23,586 bases of DNA from a virus (lineage: Duplodnaviria > Heunggongvirae > Uroviricota > Caudoviricetes): IMG/VR virus record IMGVR_UViG_2778261031_000008; one strand, 5' to 3'. Below are positions 17,395 to 23,586 of this stretch, piece after piece. The translations under genes were made by a program, and so were the position numbers. The number at the start of each line of letters is the position of its first letter. Position 1 is the first letter of the stretch. Below the pieces are notes generated by a model that saw only the letters and a program-made list of their open reading frames with translations, made no database searches and was not told the DNA's origin.

Positions 17395-18771
17395 ATGGAT
17401 TTATCCTCATTTCCCACCCGACCTTCATTACTTTCGTCGTCTTCAGGCTGGCGTGACAGACTTCAGGACGCGTCATTTCGCGGTGTGCCGTTTAAGGTTG
17501 AAGAAGAAAGTGCGGGAACCGGTCGCCGTGTGGAAACACATGAATACCCGAACCGCGACAAGCCCTATACCGAAGATCTGGGAAAAGTCACTTTCCGCCC
17601 GTCCATCACAGCTTATGTGGTGGGAGATGACTGCTTTGACCAGCGCGATCGCCTGATTGAAGCGCTGAATAAACCCGGTCCCGGCACGCTTGTCCACCCG
17701 ACATACGGTGAGCTGAAAGTCTGTGTTGACGGGGAAGTTCGGGTCAGCACATCGAAAAGTGAAGGGCGTATTGTCCGCTTTGACCTGAAGTTTGTCGAAG
17801 CAGGAGAACTCTCTTACCCCACATCAGGTGCGGCGACGGCGCAGACGCTGATGTCATCCTGTTCTGCACTGGATGACTGCATCAGTGACAGCTTCAGCGG
17901 TTTCAGTATCGATGGTGTGGCGGATTTCGTGCAGAACGACGTTATCGGTAATGCCAGCACAATGCTTGGGTATGTTTCTGATGCGATGAAAGTGGTGGAT
18001 TCTGCCGTATCGGATGCCGCCAGGCTGTTGCAGGGGGATATCTCGGTACTTCTGCCGCCGCCATCGTCAGGCAAAAATTTCGTTGAGCAGGTGCAGAAAA
18101 TGTGGCGTACCGGGAAACGCCTTTATGGTAACGCCAGCGACCTGGTCACCATGATCAAAACGCTTTCCGGTGTCAGCCTCGGCAGCGATCTGCAACCGCG
18201 CGGCGTCTGGAAAACGGACAGTAAAACCACCGCCACGGCGACGCAGCAGCGTAACGTGGTTGCCAGCACCCTTCGTACGACCGCAATCAGCGAAGCGGCG
18301 TATGCCGTCACCCGATTGCCTGCGCCAACAACTTCCGCGGTGATGCAGAATTCCGCAGTGGGGCAGGCAACAACACCCGCGCAGAGCACTGGCTGGCCTT
18401 CCGTCACGCATCCGGCACTGAACAATGCACCGGCGGTGAAAAACACGGTTGACCTGCCGACGTGGGAAGAACTGACTGACATCCGCGACACACTGAATAC
18501 GGCAATTGATAAGGAGTTGTCCCGTACAACCAGTGATGCGCTGTTTCTGGCGCTGCGCCGGGTGAAAGCAGATCTGAATGCGGATATCAACACGCGCCTT
18601 GAACAGTCTGCACGGATCATTCAGCGCACACCGGATGAGGTTTTACCCGCGCTGGTGCTGGCGGCGACCTGGTTTGATAACGCGGCGCGTGACGCGGACA
18701 TTATCCGGCGTAATGCCATTACGCATCCCGGCTTTGTGCCGGTGATCCCTCTGAAGGTGCCAGTGCAATGA
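17395..18771 (+). CDS. DNA circulation protein (Mu gpN-like)
   Basis: 458 aa; N-terminal region (GVPFKVEEESAGTGRRVETHEYPNRDKPYTEDLG) typical of the Mu N family. Confidence 0.8.
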   Translation: MDLSSFPTRPSLLSSSSGWRDRLQDASFRGVPFKVEEESAGTGRRVETHEYPNRDKPYTEDLGKVTFRPSITAYVVGDDCFDQRDRLIEALNKPGPGTLVHPTYGELKVCVDGEVRVSTSKSEGRIVRFDLKFVEAGELSYPTSGAATAQTLMSSCSALDDCISDSFSGFSIDGVADFVQNDVIGNASTMLGYVSDAMKVVDSAVSDAARLLQGDISVLLPPPSSGKNFVEQVQKMWRTGKRLYGNASDLVTMIKTLSGVSLGSDLQPRGVWKTDSKTTATATQQRNVVASTLRTTAISEAAYAVTRLPAPTTSAVMQNSAVGQATTPAQSTGWPSVTHPALNNAPAVKNTVDLPTWEELTDIRDTLNTAIDKELSRTTSDALFLALRRVKADLNADINTRLEQSARIIQRTPDEVLPALVLAATWFDNAARDADIIRRNAITHPGFVPVIPLKVPVQ

Positions 18772-19847
18772 ACGACAATGTCACGCTACGGGTAAATGGC
18801 CGGGAGTGGAATGGCTGGACATCGGTGCGCATCGGTGCCGGTATTGAACGGCTGGCGCGGGATTTCAGTGTGGAGATCACTCGCCAGTGGCCGGGAGATG
18901 AGGGTATCACCACGCTTCAGCCGCGCATTAAAAACGGTTCAAAAGTGGAAGTGCTGATTGGTGATGAGCTGGTGATCACCGGCTGGGTGGAGGCGACTCC
19001 CGTTCGTTACGATGCCCGTTCGGTCAGCACCGGTATTGCCGGACGCAGTCTGACCGCTGACCTGATTGACTGTGCAGCCGAACCGACACAGTTTAACGGA
19101 CGATCGCTGGTACAGATTGCGCAGGCGCTTGCTGCGCCTTTCGGCATTGAGGTGGTGAACAGCGGTGCGCCGTCGGGTGTTATTCCTGATGTTCAGCCTG
19201 ATCACGGTGAAACGGTGATTGAGGTAATCAACAAAATACTCGGTCAGCAGCAGGCACTGGCTTACGACGACCCGCACGGCAGGCTGGTGATTGGCGGTAT
19301 TGGCTCAACGCGGGCACATACTGCGCTGGTACTCGGGGAAAACATCCTTTCCTGCGATACGGAGAAGAGTATCCGGGAGCGATTTTCTGTTTACCAGGTG
19401 GCGGGGCAGCGTGCCGGAAACGACGATGATTTCGGTGAGGCCACCACCACCGCGCTGCGGGCCCGCGCAGAGGACGCATTTATTGCCCGTTACCGTCCGA
19501 TGTATATCAGGCAGACAGGGCAGGCTACGGGGGCAGGCTGTATTGCGCGTGCTGACTTTGAAGCCCGGCAACGGGCGGCGCGGACGGATGAAACCACCTA
19601 TGTGGTGCAGGGCTGGCGACAGGGTAACGGTACGCTGTGGCAGCCCAACCAGCGGGTGATTGTCTTTGATCCGGTCTGTGGTTTCGACAATACCGAACTG
19701 CTTGTTTCGGAAGTCACGTTTACTCAGGACCAGAACGGCACCCTGACGGAAATCCGTGTCGGCCCACCTGATGCTTATCTGCCTGAACCCGAAGCCCCCG
19801 GCGCGCGGAAAAAGAAAAAAGCCAGAGTACAGGAGGACCCGTTCTGA
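18768..19847 (+). CDS. Baseplate hub / tail protein (Mu gpP-like)
   Basis: 359 aa; synteny after the N-like gene. Confidence 0.75.
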   Translation: MNDNVTLRVNGREWNGWTSVRIGAGIERLARDFSVEITRQWPGDEGITTLQPRIKNGSKVEVLIGDELVITGWVEATPVRYDARSVSTGIAGRSLTADLIDCAAEPTQFNGRSLVQIAQALAAPFGIEVVNSGAPSGVIPDVQPDHGETVIEVINKILGQQQALAYDDPHGRLVIGGIGSTRAHTALVLGENILSCDTEKSIRERFSVYQVAGQRAGNDDDFGEATTTALRARAEDAFIARYRPMYIRQTGQATGAGCIARADFEARQRAARTDETTYVVQGWRQGNGTLWQPNQRVIVFDPVCGFDNTELLVSEVTFTQDQNGTLTEIRVGPPDAYLPEPEAPGARKKKKARVQEDPF

Positions 19848-20395
19848 TGAGGACGATTGAAGCCATGCAGCGACAACTCCTCGGCCTGATTGGGCGGGCA
19901 GTGGTGAAAAGCATCAGTGCCGCCACGAAATGTCAGACCGTGGATGTGTCCCTGATTGCCGGTGAACCCAAAGCCGGGGTTGAACATCTTGAACCCTACG
20001 GTTTTACCGCAAGGGCAAACAGCGGTGCGGAAGCGGTGGTGTTGTTTCCGGATGGAGACCGTTCTCATGCGGTGGTTGTTACGGTGTCGGACCGGCGCTA
20101 CCGCCTGAAAGGGCTGCAGACGGGTGAGGTGGCTGTCTATGACGATCAGGGGCAGTCCGTGACGCTGACCCGGGAGGGGATCGTGGTGGACGGTGCAGGT
20201 AAAACGATCACGTTTCGCAATTCACCTAAAGCACGTTTTGAAATGGACCTGGAAGTGACAGGACAGGTGAAAGACCTGTGCGACTCCAGCGGCACCACCA
20301 TGTCAGCGATGCGGCTTGCCTATAACGGGCATCGTCACAGAGAGAACGGTCAGGGTAGTAACACCGACAAACCTGATAAAGCGATGGAGGCATGA
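19847..20395 (+). CDS. Baseplate spike protein (gpV / Mu gp45-like)
   Basis: 182 aa; synteny and size. Confidence 0.7.
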   Translation: MRTIEAMQRQLLGLIGRAVVKSISAATKCQTVDVSLIAGEPKAGVEHLEPYGFTARANSGAEAVVLFPDGDRSHAVVVTVSDRRYRLKGLQTGEVAVYDDQGQSVTLTREGIVVDGAGKTITFRNSPKARFEMDLEVTGQVKDLCDSSGTTMSAMRLAYNGHRHRENGQGSNTDKPDKAMEA

Positions 20396-20820
20396 TGGAA
20401 CTGTGGCTGACGGTGAACGGTAAACGCACCTGCGCCAGCGCACCGCTGGATCCGCTGACCCGCGCCGTGGTGATTTCCCTGTTTACCTGGCGGCGGGCGG
20501 AGCCTGATGACAACGCCGACGTCCCGATGGGATGGTGGGGGGATACCTGGCCTGCGGTACAGAATGACCGTTACGGCTCCCGACTGTGGCTGCTTCAGCG
20601 CAGCAAACTGACCAATCAGCTGGTGCAGACGGTAAGGGGGTATATCCGCGAATGCCTGCAATGGATGATTGATGATGGCGTGGTGTCCCGTATTGATCTG
20701 GATATCCGCCGCACCGGGATTAATGAGCTGGGTAACAGTATCACTCTCTGGCGTCGTGACGGACCGGTAATGATTTCTTTTGATGATCTGTGGAGTGCGA
20801 TAACGCATGGCGGACAGTGA
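20392..20820 (+). CDS. Baseplate protein (Mu gp46 / gpW-like)
   Basis: 142 aa; ATGA-type coupling with neighbours. Confidence 0.7.
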   Translation: MMELWLTVNGKRTCASAPLDPLTRAVVISLFTWRRAEPDDNADVPMGWWGDTWPAVQNDRYGSRLWLLQRSKLTNQLVQTVRGYIRECLQWMIDDGVVSRIDLDIRRTGINELGNSITLWRRDGPVMISFDDLWSAITHGGQ

Positions 20821-21865
20821 ATTTCAGCGCCCGACGCTGGCAGAAAATATCAGTATGCTCCGTAACGATTTATTCGCCAGGCTGGACGTCAGCGACACGC
20901 TCCGGCGCATGGATGAAGACGTGCGGGCAAAGGTGTATGCGGCGGCGCTGCATACGGTTTACGGGTACATCGATTATCTGGCAATGAATATGCTGCCTGA
21001 CCTGTGCGATGAGTCCTGGCTGGCGCGACATGCTGCGATGAAACGGTGTCCGCGCAAGGGGGCCACGGCTGCCAGCGGGTATATGTGCTGGGAAGGTGTC
21101 AGCGATGGCCTGAAGGTGACCGCCGGGAGTGTTATTCAGCGCGATGACCTGGTTCAGTACACGGCAACTGCCGATGCAACCAGCTCCGGTGGTGTCCTGC
21201 GCGTGCCGATCGCCTGCTCAAGTGCAGGTGCGGTCGGTAACGCTGACGACGGTACGGCATTAATCCTGGTCACGCCGGTGAATGGTCTGCCGTCTTCCGG
21301 TGTGGCTGACACCCTTACAGGCGGATTTGATACTGAAGAGCTGGAAACGTGGCGCGCCCGCGTCATTGAGCGGTATTACTGGACGCCGCAGGGCGGGGCT
21401 GACGGGGACTATGTCGTCTGGGCTAAAGAAGTGCCCGGCATTACCCGCGCATGGACATACCGTCACTGGATGGGAACGGGGACTGTCGGTGTGATGATTG
21501 CCGGCAGTGACCTGATTAATCCCATTCCGGAAGAATCAACGGAAACGGCGGCAAGACAACACATTGAGCCACTGGCCCCGGTGGCAGGCTCTGATTTGTA
21601 TGTGTTCAGGCCGGTGGCGCATACGGTGGATTTTCATATCCGCGTGACGCCGGACACACCGGAAATACGAGCCGCCATCACTGCTGAGTTGCGTTCGTTC
21701 CTGCTGCGTGATGGTTATCCGCAGGGAGAACTGAAGGTGTCGCGTATCAGTGAAGCGATTTCCGGTGCGAACGGGGAATACAGCCATCAATTGCTTGCAC
21801 CGGCGGACAATATCTCCATTGCAAAAAATGAACTGGCGGTTCTGGGGACGATTTCATGGACGTGA
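20807..21865 (+). CDS. Baseplate J-like protein (Mu gp47-like)
   Basis: 352 aa; synteny and size typical of baseplate wedge J proteins. Confidence 0.8.
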   Translation: MADSEFQRPTLAENISMLRNDLFARLDVSDTLRRMDEDVRAKVYAAALHTVYGYIDYLAMNMLPDLCDESWLARHAAMKRCPRKGATAASGYMCWEGVSDGLKVTAGSVIQRDDLVQYTATADATSSGGVLRVPIACSSAGAVGNADDGTALILVTPVNGLPSSGVADTLTGGFDTEELETWRARVIERYYWTPQGGADGDYVVWAKEVPGITRAWTYRHWMGTGTVGVMIAGSDLINPIPEESTETAARQHIEPLAPVAGSDLYVFRPVAHTVDFHIRVTPDTPEIRAAITAELRSFLLRDGYPQGELKVSRISEAISGANGEYSHQLLAPADNISIAKNELAVLGTISWT

Positions 21866-22440
21866 CAAACGATGATTACATCTGTCTGTTGTCGGCACTG
21901 CTGCCGCCCGGTCCGGCGTGGTCAGCCAGCGATCCGGCGATTGCCGGTGCGGCACCGTCATTAACTCGTGTTCATCAGCGTGCGGATGCCCTGATGCGGG
22001 AGCTGGATCCGCGCACCACCACCGAACTGATAAATCGCTGGGAGCGTCTGTGCGGCCTGCCGGATGAATGTATTCCCGCAGGGACACAGACCCTTCGCCA
22101 GCGTCAGCAACGACTGGATGCGAAGGTTAACCTGGCGGGCGGCATCAATGAGGATTTTTACCTTGCACAGCTTGCTGCCCTGGGCAGACCAGACGCTACC
22201 ATCACGCGATACGACAAAAGCACGTTCACCTGCTCATCGGCCTGTACTGACGCGGTGAATGCGCCGGAATGGCGGTATTACTGGCAGGTCAACATGCCAG
22301 CCGCCACCAACACCACCTGGATGACATGTGGCGATCCCTGTGATTCCGCACTGCGTATCTGGGGTGACACCGTTGTCGAGTGTGTGCTTAACAAACTCTG
22401 CCCGTCGCATACCTACGTAATTTTTAAATATCCGGAGTAA
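21856..22440 (+). CDS. Tail protein (Mu gp48 / gpI-like, DUF2313-type)
   Basis: 194 aa; immediately upstream of the tail fibre gene. Confidence 0.7.
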   Translation: MDVTNDDYICLLSALLPPGPAWSASDPAIAGAAPSLTRVHQRADALMRELDPRTTTELINRWERLCGLPDECIPAGTQTLRQRQQRLDAKVNLAGGINEDFYLAQLAALGRPDATITRYDKSTFTCSSACTDAVNAPEWRYYWQVNMPAATNTTWMTCGDPCDSALRIWGDTVVECVLNKLCPSHTYVIFKYPE

Positions 22441-22443
22441 TCC

Positions 22444-23169
22444 ATGCATCGTATAGACACGAAAACCGCGCAGAAGGATAAGTTCGGCGCGGGTAAGAAC
22501 GGTTTTACCCGTGGTAACCCCCAGACTGGCACTCCTGCCACCGATCTGGATGATGACTACTTTGACATGTTGCAGGAAGAACTCTGCAGCGTGGTGGAGG
22601 CATCCGGTGCCAGCCTGGAGAAAGGGCGGCATGACCAGCTGCTTACCGCACTTCGTGCGCTGCTGTTAAGCCGCAAGAATCCGTTTGGCGATATCAAATC
22701 GGATGGTACTGTGCAAACGGCTCTCGGAAATCTTGGTTTGGGAACAGCAGCAACCAAAAATGTTGGAACCGGATCTGGTCAAATCCCTGACATGTCCAGC
22801 TTTGGTATGTCGCGAAACGGACAAACTATCTGGGATATTCTCCCAAATGGTATGATTCGACAGGCTGGCATTGTGACACTGACACCAGTTGGTAACTTCA
22901 ACGCGCAGGTGCTTGGTGGGGTGACGTACTACACCCATTACTACAGGGTTAATTTCCCCAGAGAATTCCCAAACGCACAATTAGCAACGCTGGCAACACT
23001 AGCGAGTTACGGCTTTTCGGGCCAGTCATCAATGGCTGGAAGATCACTGGCAACGGATCGCGATACTGATTCTGGCACTGACGTATCAAGAACGCGATTC
23101 ACTGTGGCGTATACGACACCCTATATTGGCGAAATACCGACTTTGCACTTTGAAGCAATAGGATACTAA
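22444..23169 (+). CDS. Tail fibre protein with conserved N-terminal anchor and AT-rich, probably exchangeable C-terminal receptor-binding part
   Basis: 241 aa; N-terminus [40 protein letters not shown] typical of phage tail fibres; GGAG RBS; composition becomes AT-richer from about 22700 onward. Confidence 0.8.
   Translation: MHRIDTKTAQKDKFGAGKNGFTRGNPQTGTPATDLDDDYFDMLQEELCSVVEASGASLEKGRHDQLLTALRALLLSRKNPFGDIKSDGTVQTALGNLGLGTAATKNVGTGSGQIPDMSSFGMSRNGQTIWDILPNGMIRQAGIVTLTPVGNFNAQVLGGVTYYTHYYRVNFPREFPNAQLATLATLASYGFSGQSSMAGRSLATDRDTDSGTDVSRTRFTVAYTTPYIGEIPTLHFEAIGY
22722..22746. other. Candidate invertase crossover site (gix/hix/pix-like core AAATC-TT-GGTTT) at the constant/variable junction of the tail fibre
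   Basis: CTCTCGGAAATCTTGGTTTGGGAACA resembles Gin/Hin-family sites (AAACC-NN-GGTTT core) as I recall them, with mismatches; coincides with the compositional break. Confidence 0.3.
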
Positions 23170-23171
23170 AT

Positions 23172-23405
23172 ATGGAAAATATGTATTTCAGCCCAACGAC
23201 CGTTGGTTTTTATGTTTCTGAACAAGAGCGACCTGATGATGCAGTTGAAGTCTCGCCAGAGGTGGAGGCATTTTTGAGGGAGTGTGTTATCTGGGGAGCG
23301 GATACATTTAACGTAGAGCGAGATGCAGCAACGGTGACATATCCAACAGAACTGCTTGAATATGTCACCACCTACAACGCCCCCGTTAAATATCCTGCGG
23401 ATTGA
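23172..23405 (+). CDS. Short tail fibre assembly (Tfa)-like protein, N-terminal-type domain only
   Basis: 77 aa; YFS...GFY...DAVEVSPE pattern like Tfa N-termini; lacks the conserved C-terminal WKKYRVLL motif; 3' end overlaps the convergent minus-strand Tfa fragment. Confidence 0.5.
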   Translation: MENMYFSPTTVGFYVSEQERPDDAVEVSPEVEAFLRECVIWGADTFNVERDAATVTYPTELLEYVTTYNAPVKYPAD

Positions 23406-23586
23406 CAGGCCATACGGGTTTTGCTGTATCAACGCGCATCAGCAGGACCCGGTATTTTTTCCATTCAGATAACGCGTCGGTTTCCTCATCCGTCGCGATA
23501 CCGGCATCAACCGCATCCTGTCGCCAGGCGATTTCAGAGTCCGCTTGAGCCTTTAAGCTTAATTTCCTGTCTTCTGCAATAGCCAT
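23386..23586 (-). CDS. Tail fibre assembly protein, C-terminal fragment (5' end lies beyond the window)
   Basis: C-terminal motif [20 protein letters not shown] matches the conserved Tfa C-terminus (lambda Tfa ...[23 protein letters not shown]); the ATG at the window edge is probably not the true start. Confidence 0.75.
   Translation of the reverse strand: [66 protein letters not shown]

Noticed and set aside
1-23586. CRISPR array, integrase or attachment site, toxin cargo between Q and S
   Set aside because: No direct-repeat/spacer periodicity is visible; no tyrosine or serine recombinase ORF lies in the window; the Q-S interval has tRNAs but no toxin-sized ORF.
22444-23586. Diversity-generating retroelement targeting the tail fibre
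   Set aside because: No reverse transcriptase ORF and no obvious template/variable repeat pair within the window; convergent Tfa genes fit an invertase switch better.

Overview
The window is a contiguous stretch of a mosaic temperate (lambdoid) prophage, almost all on the + strand. No integrase, repressor, CRISPR array or insertion sequence lies inside it. Identifications rest on my recognition of the translated ORFs and on motifs read directly from the sequence; no database search was run. In order: (1) 1-2485, a lambda-type nin/late-control region with a Dam-like N6-adenine methyltransferase, NinE, NinF, a DUF1364 protein, RusA resolvase, NinH and a Q-family antiterminator; (2) 2463-2704, a PR'-like late promoter, an intrinsic terminator about 40 nt downstream, and two tRNA-like genes; (3) 2947-4513, a lysis cassette near-identical to phage lambda S-R-Rz with embedded Rz1, plus bor on the minus strand; (4) 4562-5038, an AT-rich non-coding junction with palindromes; (5) 5039-12486, an HK97-like packaging and head module (HNH endonuclease, small and large terminase, portal, prohead protease, major capsid protein, connector proteins); (6) 12483-22440, a Mu-like contractile tail module (sheath, tube, chaperone with a -1 slippery site, tape measure, DNA-circulation protein, baseplate proteins); (7) 22444-23586, a tail fibre whose C-terminal part is AT-rich, followed by a short Tfa-like ORF and a convergent minus-strand Tfa fragment cut by the window edge. 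The most interesting signal is this last region, which looks like a Mu G-segment-type invertible host-range switch whose invertase would lie beyond the window.
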